Source: Gemmatimonadaceae bacterium (GTDB lineage: Bacteria > Gemmatimonadota > Gemmatimonadetes > Gemmatimonadales > Gemmatimonadaceae). From it: DNA of 64,000 nt. The notes beneath the pieces were generated by a model. It worked only from the letters and a program-made list of their open reading frames with translations, did not search any database and had not been told where the DNA came from. The DNA lies in assembly GCA_046327755.1 (NCBI GenBank), contig JAXLXW010000014.1:8051-72050 (forward strand), read 5' to 3'. Of this stretch, positions 37,930-46,030 are shown piece after piece (within the stretch, counting starts at the first letter, position 1; the number at the start of each line of letters is the position of its first letter). The translations under genes and the position numbers were made by a program.

Positions 37930-40599
37930 ATGCCACCAGATGGACGCGATTACCCCCGGAGCTGGCGCCGCCTCCTGCGCTGGCCCTCGCGCACGAAGGC
38001 GCAGATCGCGCGCGACGTCGACGACGAAGTGCGCTTCCATCTCGAGATGCGTGAGCAGGAGTTGCGCTCGTACGGGCGCAGCGTCGACGAGGCAGCGCGA
38101 GAGGCGCGGCGACGATTCGGCGATGTGGACGAGGCGCGCGATGCGCTGCGCAACTCGGAGGTTCGATCGCAGCGCCGGTCTCGCTGGCGCGACGCGCTGG
38201 AATCGCTGCGCGCCGACGCGGCGTACGCGGTGCGACGGTCCATGCGCACCCCGCTCTTCACGCTCACCACCGTCGCCACGCTCGCCATCGGCATCGGGTC
38301 GACGGTGGCCCTGATGAGCGTGATGCGGCGCATGTTTATCGCCCCGCTTCCGTACGCCGGAGTCGAGCGACTCGTCGTGGTCAGCCTCGCGTCGCGCGAT
38401 GGCTGGATCCGCGTATCGATGAACCCCACGGTGCTCGCGGCGGTGCGCGAGGCGACCCCTTCGCTCGAACGCATCGAGACCGTCGCCGCGGCGCGCATGC
38501 GCACCACGCGCGGCGGCACTCCCGCCACGATCGACGTCGGGATGGTGTCGCGCGGGCTGCTGCAGTTCCTGCGCGTCGCCCCCGCGCTGGGCCGCAGCTT
38601 TGCGCCTGACGAGGAACGCACGGGCGGAGTACCGGTGGCCATGCTCGCCTGGCACACCTGGCAGCGGGAGTTCGCCGGCCGCGCGTCGGTGATCGGCGAA
38701 ACGGTCACGCTCGACGGGCGCAGCTACGCCATCATCGGCGTGATGCCGCGCCTCTTCGATCCGTCGGTCTTTGCGCTCATTCCGCGTGCAGAGGTCTGGC
38801 TGCCGCACGTTCCCGCGCGCGGCGACAATTTCCTCACCGCCCTGGGCGTCCTGCGCCCGGGGGCGACGCTGCCTCAGGTCACGCGCGACGTGGCCGCCGC
38901 CAAGGCGCGCCTCGGCGAACGCGATCCGATGCGATCGCTCGTCCCCATGGTCGACCTGCTCCTCGAGCGCGCGGGCTCGGAGACCAAGCGCGTGTTGCAG
39001 GTCATGCTCGCCGCCGTGGTCCTCGTGCTGGTGATCGGGTGCCTCAACGTCGCCAACCTGCTGATGGCGCGCGGCGCGACGCGTGAGCGGGAGCTCTCCA
39101 TTCGCGCGGCGATCGGTGCCTCGCGCGGGCGCATCGTGCGGCAGCTGCTCACCGAGAGCGCGTGGCTGGCGCTGATGGGTGCGGCCGCGGGGGCTGGCCT
39201 CGCACGGGCGCTCCTGGCCCTGGCGCGCGGGTGGCGCCCGATGTCGTACGCCGCGGTCGACGACGTGCGGCTCGACGGGACGATGCTGGCGATCGCGGCG
39301 CTCCTCGCGGCGTTCACTGCACTCCTCGTGGGGCTCCTGCCGGCGCTGGTGAACAGTCGCGGCCTCGGCGGGACGCTGCATGGCAGGACGCTGCACGGCG
39401 GGGCGCGCAGCGTGGGAGAGGGGCGCGCCGGACACCGGGTTCGTCGATTGCTGGCCTTCGTCCAGGTCGCGGGATCGGTGGCGCTGGTGGTGGGCGGCGT
39501 CATCCTCGTGCAGTCGGCGTGGACGCTGTCGCGCCTGCGGCTGGGATACGACATCGCCCCGCTCCTCACCTTGCAGCTGCAACGTGCACCTGGCGGGACG
39601 GACAGCTCGGCCATCGATGCGCGCGTGGCCCCGGTGCTGGAGCGCGTGCGCGCGCATCCCGGCGTCGTGGCCGCTGCCCTCGCCGATGGCGCCCCGGGCG
39701 GGTTCGGCGGGTGCCTCTGCGAGATCCGGCGCGAGGGCGATGCACCACCGGCGCAGCCGCAGGAGCGCTTCGTGCTCACGCTCGCGGTCGATTCGGCCTA
39801 CCTGCACACCGTCGGGACGCGTCTCCTGGCCGGTCGCCCGCTGACGCGCGACACCACCTTGCGCGAGGTGATGCTCACCGCCACGAGCGCGCGCCGGCTC
39901 TGGCCCGACGGGAGCGCAGTCGGGCGTCGACTCTTTCTCTCGCGCACCGAGGGGGCATACACCGTCGTCGGGGTGATCGAGGACCAGCGGTCGGCGGAGG
40001 GCTGGATTCCCGGCGACAGCACGACCGTCGTCCTGCAGCGTCACGGGGAGGGCGACGGCGCCGTGTTGGTGGTGCGTGCACGTGGCGACGTGGCGTCGCT
40101 GCGCACCGACCTGCTGCGCCTCATCGAGGAGACGACTCCGACCGTGCGCGTCGTGGAGGCAACGGCGCTGGCGCAGCAGGTGGCCGAGGGGCGCGCCCCG
40201 CAGAAGTTCGCGCGCATCGTCCTCGTGGCCTTTGCCGGCTGTGCTCTCCTGTTGGCGACACTTGGGCTCTACGGCGTGCTGTCGTTCGGCGTGGCGCAGC
40301 GCACGCGCGAGATCGGCGTGCGCATGGCCCTGGGTGCGAGTCGCGCGAACATCGTGCGCCTGGTGATGTCGGAGGGGATGCGGATCACGCTGGCCGGCTG
40401 CCTGGTGGGTGGCGCTGCCGCCTGGCGCGGACGCGGACTCCTGCTCGCCATGCGTACCGGAGCCAGCGCGGCGGACGACGCACTGGGGGTGGCGATTTCG
40501 GTGCTGCTGGTCGCTGGCGCATCGGCCGCGGCGATGTGGCTTCCCACGCGGCGCGCGCTGCGCGTCGATCCGGCGACGGCGGTGGGGGCCGAGGTCTGA
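37930..40599 (+). CDS. ADOP-type duplicated FtsX-like ABC permease (orphan, no ATPase nearby)
   Basis: ATG at 37930, 5 nt after the PadR stop. The N-terminal prefix is RRLLRWPSRTKAQIARDVDDEVRFHLEMREQEL. Two MacB-like periplasmic plus FtsX 4-TM modules are present. The C-terminus is ...RRALRVDPATAVGAEV. Confidence 0.88.
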   Translation: MPPDGRDYPRSWRRLLRWPSRTKAQIARDVDDEVRFHLEMREQELRSYGRSVDEAAREARRRFGDVDEARDALRNSEVRSQRRSRWRDALESLRADAAYAVRRSMRTPLFTLTTVATLAIGIGSTVALMSVMRRMFIAPLPYAGVERLVVVSLASRDGWIRVSMNPTVLAAVREATPSLERIETVAAARMRTTRGGTPATIDVGMVSRGLLQFLRVAPALGRSFAPDEERTGGVPVAMLAWHTWQREFAGRASVIGETVTLDGRSYAIIGVMPRLFDPSVFALIPRAEVWLPHVPARGDNFLTALGVLRPGATLPQVTRDVAAAKARLGERDPMRSLVPMVDLLLERAGSETKRVLQVMLAAVVLVLVIGCLNVANLLMARGATRERELSIRAAIGASRGRIVRQLLTESAWLALMGAAAGAGLARALLALARGWRPMSYAAVDDVRLDGTMLAIAALLAAFTALLVGLLPALVNSRGLGGTLHGRTLHGGARSVGEGRAGHRVRRLLAFVQVAGSVALVVGGVILVQSAWTLSRLRLGYDIAPLLTLQLQRAPGGTDSSAIDARVAPVLERVRAHPGVVAAALADGAPGGFGGCLCEIRREGDAPPAQPQERFVLTLAVDSAYLHTVGTRLLAGRPLTRDTTLREVMLTATSARRLWPDGSAVGRRLFLSRTEGAYTVVGVIEDQRSAEGWIPGDSTTVVLQRHGEGDGAVLVVRARGDVASLRTDLLRLIEETTPTVRVVEATALAQQVAEGRAPQKFARIVLVAFAGCALLLATLGLYGVLSFGVAQRTREIGVRMALGASRANIVRLVMSEGMRITLAGCLVGGAAAWRGRGLLLAMRTGASAADDALGVAISVLLVAGASAAAMWLPTRRALRVDPATAVGAEV

Positions 40600-40603
40600 A
40601 CTC

Positions 40604-41311
40604 CTACTCCCACCCCGGCACGAGTGTCGGCAACCGGCGCGGCACGCGTCGACGCCCCACATATGCCACGTTCCCCGTCGGGATCACGCGCGTTTCGTAC
40701 GCGGTGGGGAAGTAGGCAAACAGGTAACCTGACGTCACCGAGATCACGAGCGCCGAGTCGGTGGGAAACGGGCGCGCGGGGTTCCCGGCGTTCGAGATGG
40801 AGATCGCAACCTTGGCCCCCTCGCCACGGCGTATGCGCGAGGACACCGCGTTGGCGTACATCATCTGGAAGGCCGTCGCCCACACGATTCCAACCGTCAG
40901 CTGCATCCCCGCCATGAACAGCGGACTCGTGAGGCGTGGGTTCTTCCGCCGGCTCTCGAGGTACTTGGCGGGATCGCGCGTGAATGACCAGCTGCCGTAC
41001 CGCTGATAGGCGACGTAGATGAGTGCCCCAGGCACTACCGATGCGCCGACGACGAACGGGTCGCGGATCGCGCCGAGGAGGAAGTCGGTCACCTGCGCGT
41101 ACTCGGCGAAGTTGATCCCGAATCGCGCCAGTACCATCACCTGGTGAATGAGCCCGAGGAGCGAGAGAACGGCGTAGCCGAGCGTGACCCAGGCGCCGGT
41201 GTGCTCGGCGGTGAAGACACGCAGGACGGCACGGTCGGCTTCCGACCGCGCCGTCATCTCGCGCGCGAATTCCTCCTCCTCGTCGGGCGTCAGCGCCCGA
41301 GGTTTCGCCAC
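40604..41311 (-). CDS. hypothetical membrane protein
   Basis: 235-aa ORF with a GTG start. Several hydrophobic helices are present (WVTLGYAVLSLLGLIHQVMVLA, FVVGASVVPGALIYVAY, LFMAGMQLTVGIVWATAF). I recognise no family. Confidence 0.55.
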   Translation of the reverse strand: MAKPRALTPDEEEEFAREMTARSEADRAVLRVFTAEHTGAWVTLGYAVLSLLGLIHQVMVLARFGINFAEYAQVTDFLLGAIRDPFVVGASVVPGALIYVAYQRYGSWSFTRDPAKYLESRRKNPRLTSPLFMAGMQLTVGIVWATAFQMMYANAVSSRIRRGEGAKVAISISNAGNPARPFPTDSALVISVTSGYLFAYFPTAYETRVIPTGNVAYVGRRRVPRRLPTLVPGWE

Positions 41312-41321
41312 GGGACCGCCC

Positions 41322-42845
41322 CTAACTGGCCAGTACCGGCAACCGCCGGATCTTCTCCTCCCACTCCTTGGGGCCGGTCTCGTGCACGTTGCTCCCGGCG
41401 GCGTCGACCGCGACCGTCACCGGCATCTCCTGCACGTCGAACTCGTAGATCGCCTCCATCCCCAAATCCGCGAATGCCACCACGCGCGCGGAGCGGATGG
41501 CCTTGGAGACGAGATAGGCGGCGCCACCGACGGCCATGAGATACGCGGCCTTGTGCTTGCGGATCGCCTCGAGCCCGGCGGGGCCGCGCTCCGACTTGCC
41601 GATCATCGCGATGAGCCCCGTCTTGGCCAGCATCATCTCGGTGAACTTGTCCATGCGCGTCGCCGTCGTCGGACCGGCGGGGCCCACCGCTTCGTCGCGC
41701 ACCGGGTCGACCGGCCCCACGTAGTAGATGACGCGATTGGTGAAGTCGACCCCCTCGGGGAGCGACTCTCCCTTGGCAAAGAGGTCGGCGATGCGCTTGT
41801 GCGCGGCGTCGCGCCCCGTGAGGAGCTTCCCGTTGAGGAGGAGGCGATCGCCGGCCTTCCACGTGGCCACCACCTCCGGTGTCAGCGTGTCGAGGTCGAC
41901 GCGCCTCGCGTTGGCGTCCGGCTTCCAGGTGACGTCGGGCCAGTCCGAAAGCTTCGGGATCGGGAGGTGTGCGACGCCGGAGCCGTCGAGGGTGAAGTGC
42001 GCATGGCGCGTCGCGGCGCAGTTGGGGATCATCGCGATCGGCTTGGACGCGGCGTGCGTGGGATAGTCCCAGATCTTGACGTCGAGCACGGTGGACAAGC
42101 CGCCGAGTCCCTGCGCCCCGATACCTAACGCATTGATCTTGTCGCACAGCTCGATGCGCAGCTCCTCGAGCTTGTTCTGGGGGCCGCGCGCCTTGAGCTG
42201 TGCCATGTCGATGTGGTCCATCAGCGACTCCTTGGCCAGCACCATCGCCTTCTCGGCCGAGCCGCCGATCCCGATCCCCAGCATCCCCGGGGGACACCAC
42301 CCGGCCCCCATCGTGGGGACCGTCTTGAGCACCCAGTCGACGATCGAGTCGCTGGGGTTGAGCATTGCGAACTTCGTCTTGTTCTCCGACCCGCCCCCCT
42401 TCGCGGCGAGCTTCACCTCGACCGTGTTGCCGGGGACGATCTCGTAGTGGACGACGGCCGGCGTGTTGTCGCGCGTGTTCTTCCGCGTGAAGGCGGGGTC
42501 GGCGACGATCGAGGCGCGCAGGACGTTGGTCGGCTCCAGGTACGCGCGGCGCACCCCCTCGTTGACCATCTCCTGCACCGACATCGTCGCATCCCACCGC
42601 ACGTCCATCCCCACCTTGAGGAAGACGACGACGATCCCCGTGTCCTGGCAAATGGGGCGATGTCCCTCGGCGCACATGCGCGAGTTGGTCAGGATCTGCG
42701 CGATGGCATCCTTCGCGGCGGGGGACTGTTCCTTCTCGTACGCCACGGCCAGCGCCTGGATGTAGTCCAGCGGGTGGAAGTACGAGATGTGTTGCAGCGC
42801 GTCGGCGATCGACTGGATGAAGTCGGCTTGTTTGATGGTCGTCAT
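41322..42845 (-). CDS. fumA: class I (Fe-S) fumarate hydratase
   Basis: The internal ATG at 42845 gives MTTIKQADFIQSIADALQHISYFHPLDYIQA... with CQDTGIVVVF. The protein is 507 aa, with fused alpha and beta domains. Confidence 0.9.
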   Translation of the reverse strand: MTTIKQADFIQSIADALQHISYFHPLDYIQALAVAYEKEQSPAAKDAIAQILTNSRMCAEGHRPICQDTGIVVVFLKVGMDVRWDATMSVQEMVNEGVRRAYLEPTNVLRASIVADPAFTRKNTRDNTPAVVHYEIVPGNTVEVKLAAKGGGSENKTKFAMLNPSDSIVDWVLKTVPTMGAGWCPPGMLGIGIGGSAEKAMVLAKESLMDHIDMAQLKARGPQNKLEELRIELCDKINALGIGAQGLGGLSTVLDVKIWDYPTHAASKPIAMIPNCAATRHAHFTLDGSGVAHLPIPKLSDWPDVTWKPDANARRVDLDTLTPEVVATWKAGDRLLLNGKLLTGRDAAHKRIADLFAKGESLPEGVDFTNRVIYYVGPVDPVRDEAVGPAGPTTATRMDKFTEMMLAKTGLIAMIGKSERGPAGLEAIRKHKAAYLMAVGGAAYLVSKAIRSARVVAFADLGMEAIYEFDVQEMPVTVAVDAAGSNVHETGPKEWEEKIRRLPVLAS

Positions 42846-43035
42846 GGTTTGGAAGTTATGGCGGAATCGCCGGAGGCGCACGCCGGGGCGATTTCGCTGA
42901 TCGCACGCTCGCGCGGGGCAGGGCGCCGAATGGTTCGAATGACCCAATCCGCCGCGCTTTCGCGGTCGTAGTCTCCACGCACGGCGCCGCGCCGATCGCG
43001 CGCCGACATCCACGAGTGGTACGACTCGACACACG

Positions 43036-43941
43036 GTGAGCGACATGGCGAAGCGAGCGATTCTGCGATGGGGGGGACGGATCCTGGGGGGCGCGCTGGT
43101 GCTCGTCCTCCTCGGCGCTGCCTCCGCGTACGGTGTTTCCGAACGGCGCGGCCATCGCGCGTTCGACGTCCCCGAGCATGCGATCACCGTCACGGCCGAC
43201 TCGGCCACGGTCCTGCGCGGGCGGCATCTCGCGACCGTTCGCGGTTGCAACGAGTGCCACGCCCCCGACATGGGGGGAAAGGTGATGATCGACGACCCAG
43301 CGATGGGGCGACTGGTGACGGCCAACCTCACCAGCGGGCGGAGCGCCGGCGTGCTGAGCGATCGCGACTGGGAGCGCGCGGTGCGTCACGGCATCCGCGC
43401 CGACTCGACACCGCTCAACTTCATGCCGTCGCACGAATTCACGGGCTTCTCGGACGAGGACCTCGCGGCGATCGTCGCCTGGACGCGATCGCTTCCCGCG
43501 GTGACGCGCGTCTTTCCTCCCACGCGGATTGGTCCGCTCGGTCGCGCGCTGCACGCGGCGGGAGAGCTGACGCTGTATCCCGCCGAGAAGATCGATCACG
43601 CGGCGCCGCACCCGGTGCGCGTGGTGCCGGCGCCGGATGCGGCATACGGGCGGTACATGGCGGCCGGGTGCATGGGGTGTCACGGGGCGAACTACTCTGG
43701 CGGGAAGATCGCCGGCGCCCCTCCCGACTGGCCCGCCGCGGCCAACCTCACGCCGGCGGGGCTGGCGTCGTACACCGAGGCGACGTTCATGGCGGCGCTG
43801 CGCAGCGGAAAGCGCCCCGACGGGACGATCATCCGCCCGCCGATGGATGTGCGGATGACCGGCGCGCTGACCGACGTGGAGCTCCGGGCCCTGTGGGCCT
43901 TCTTCCAGTCGCTGCCGGCGAAGGAGACTGGGGAGCGTTAG
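43036..43941 (+). CDS. membrane-anchored dihaem c-type cytochrome
   Basis: The N-terminal anchor is ILGGALVLVLLGAASAYG. There are two CxxCH motifs, CNECH and CMGCH. The start is GTG 43036 or ATG 43045. Confidence 0.85.
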   Translation: MSDMAKRAILRWGGRILGGALVLVLLGAASAYGVSERRGHRAFDVPEHAITVTADSATVLRGRHLATVRGCNECHAPDMGGKVMIDDPAMGRLVTANLTSGRSAGVLSDRDWERAVRHGIRADSTPLNFMPSHEFTGFSDEDLAAIVAWTRSLPAVTRVFPPTRIGPLGRALHAAGELTLYPAEKIDHAAPHPVRVVPAPDAAYGRYMAAGCMGCHGANYSGGKIAGAPPDWPAAANLTPAGLASYTEATFMAALRSGKRPDGTIIRPPMDVRMTGALTDVELRALWAFFQSLPAKETGER

Positions 43942-43951
43942 GCGGGCGTCC

Positions 43952-45922
43952 TCACGACGGAGGGCGCAGCGGGACCAGGAGGGTGACCGCCTCGCGTGGG
44001 TCGGTGGGATAGAATCTCGTGCGCACGCGCAACGCGTAGCGCCCCGCGCGCAGGGCCCCCCCGTCGAGGTCGACCTCCACGTCGAGCGTTTGCCCCGCGG
44101 TGAGGCGCGCCATCGCGCGCCGCGCGGTACGCGCCGCTGCCGGCAACTCGGCGCCGTCGCGCGCGACCGGACGCCAGCTGAGCACCGTGGTGTCCTGCAC
44201 GAGGGCGACGGAGGCGACTTCATCGACCGGGATGCTCACGAGCCGGAGGCGGTTCGTCCCCGGTGCGACGACCAGCGGCGTGGGCGTGGTCGACCCGTTC
44301 ACCGCCGGCTGCAATTGCGGACCGTGCCCGAGCATGCCGTACACCACGACGTGGTCGCGGGTCGAGTCGCGCGAGGCCGTGGGCTCCTCGACGATAAGCG
44401 CACCGTACAGCCCGGAGCCGAGTTCGCTCCCCGCTTCGTCGTGCGTGTGATAGATGAAGGTGCCGGCGCGCGGCGGTGTCATGCGCACGATGAACGAGTC
44501 GCCAGGCGCAATCGGCGGGCGCACGCTCCGTCCGGCGCCGCTCCACCCCCCCACGCCATCGAACCAGCTCTCGATCTCCATCCCGTGCCAGTGCACGGCG
44601 AGCGGCGCTCCCACACGGTTCACCACGGTGATCTCCGTCGGCTCGCCGCGCCGCAGCGTGAGCAGCGACCCGGGAAAGCGGATGGAGTCGGGGGCCGGCT
44701 CCTCCCCCGCCTGCAACACGAAGGCGTGGGCGGCGCCGTCCCCGAAGACGCGCGGCCGCGAGGTCGCCACGAGGCGCAGCCGTCTGGGCGCGGGGGGCGG
44801 TACGTCGCGACCCGTGGCGCGCGCGACGGCCCCGCGCGCGTCGTGCGCTCCCGCTCGCGGCGTGACCTCGATCCCCATCACGAGCCCCGCCATGTTCTCC
44901 TCGGCGTGGTGCACCGACGCCGCCGCGACGTGCGCGGCATGCCGCGGTTCGATGCGCTGGACCGGTGCCATGTGCCGCACCAGGTGACAGTGAAAGAGCC
45001 AGTTGCCGACCCGTTCGGGGACCCAGGTGAGCGCCATCGTGTGGCCGACGCCGAGTTCCTCGGTGACGGCGAGCCGCTGGGACGCCGGGGCGAGGAGCGT
45101 GTCGAGCAGGCCGTCGCCGCGCGCGGTGATGCGGAAGTAGAAGCCGTGCAGGTGCATGGGGTGCGCGACCGCCATCGCGTTGATCACCCGCCATCGCACG
45201 GTGTCGCCCACCGCGTAGTGCAGCCGTTCCGTGAAGGGCCAGCTGGCGCCGTTCACCATCACCTTGAATTCGGGCTGTCCGTGCACGCGTGCGTCGCGAT
45301 CGTCGAGCCACCGCGTGAGCAGCATGATGCGTTCGCCGGGATCCGGGGTCGTGCCCGGCGGATCGACGATGAGGGTGCCGACGAATGGCCCTTCCTCCGC
45401 TTCACCGCTGGGGAAGTCGTCGGGGACGGGGGCGATCGGGTGTCGCACCGCCGGGCGCAGCCGCCCGTAGTAGAAGTAGGTACCGGCGGCCGTGAGGCGC
45501 TGCGTCGCCACCACCTGTGCACCTGGCGGAACGGCCAGGGAGTCCATGCCGCGACCGGGGGCGTGATCCTGCAGCCCGTAGAGCAGGACGGTGTCGGGGA
45601 GCGTGTTGCGCAGCGCCACGCGCAGCACCGAGCCGCTCGCGCCGCGAAGCAGGGGGCCGGGGACGCGCGGGCGGCGCCCGCGTTCTACGAAGGAGTACGC
45701 CGGAAGCTCCGCGCCGTCGCGTCCCTCCGGGCGCCACCGCACCCGCTGCACGTCGAGGGCCACGTGCACCGTGTCGCCTGAGATCGTCCCGGCAGCGCGC
45801 CGGTAGTCCTCGAGGGCCGCGAGAGGAAGGGGTGGGGACGCCGGCGTGTCGATCGGGCGACCCGGGGAAACCCGGGCGAAGATTGCGAGCGCGACGACTG
45901 TCGCGAGCAACGAGCGGATCAT
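43952..45922 (-). CDS. multicopper oxidase, four cupredoxin-like domains
   Basis: Signal peptide is MIRSLLATVVALAIFA. Copper motifs: HPMHLHG (45143..45163), HCHLVRHM (44969..44992), HWHG (44582..44593) and YHTH (aa 491-494). Confidence 0.88.
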   Translation of the reverse strand: MIRSLLATVVALAIFARVSPGRPIDTPASPPLPLAALEDYRRAAGTISGDTVHVALDVQRVRWRPEGRDGAELPAYSFVERGRRPRVPGPLLRGASGSVLRVALRNTLPDTVLLYGLQDHAPGRGMDSLAVPPGAQVVATQRLTAAGTYFYYGRLRPAVRHPIAPVPDDFPSGEAEEGPFVGTLIVDPPGTTPDPGERIMLLTRWLDDRDARVHGQPEFKVMVNGASWPFTERLHYAVGDTVRWRVINAMAVAHPMHLHGFYFRITARGDGLLDTLLAPASQRLAVTEELGVGHTMALTWVPERVGNWLFHCHLVRHMAPVQRIEPRHAAHVAAASVHHAEENMAGLVMGIEVTPRAGAHDARGAVARATGRDVPPPAPRRLRLVATSRPRVFGDGAAHAFVLQAGEEPAPDSIRFPGSLLTLRRGEPTEITVVNRVGAPLAVHWHGMEIESWFDGVGGWSGAGRSVRPPIAPGDSFIVRMTPPRAGTFIYHTHDEAGSELGSGLYGALIVEEPTASRDSTRDHVVVYGMLGHGPQLQPAVNGSTTPTPLVVAPGTNRLRLVSIPVDEVASVALVQDTTVLSWRPVARDGAELPAAARTARRAMARLTAGQTLDVEVDLDGGALRAGRYALRVRTRFYPTDPREAVTLLVPLRPPS

Positions 45923-46030
45923 GACGAATTCTCGAATGAGGCGCGCAAGACTATCGGTGCAGAACGGCCGGCGCCAGCCGGGAGGCCGAAGGCTGTCAGG
46001 GGCGGAGTCGGCGCGACGGTTCGCGGTCGC

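Noticed and set aside
42932-42940. GGTTCGAAT, a tRNA T-loop-like string in the fumA / cytochrome c divergent spacer. A shared 12-mer, TCGAATGACCCA, also occurs near 28487.
   Set aside because: There are no flanking T-stem, acceptor or anticodon arms. A shared 12-mer is expected by chance many times in a 64-kb GC-biased sequence.
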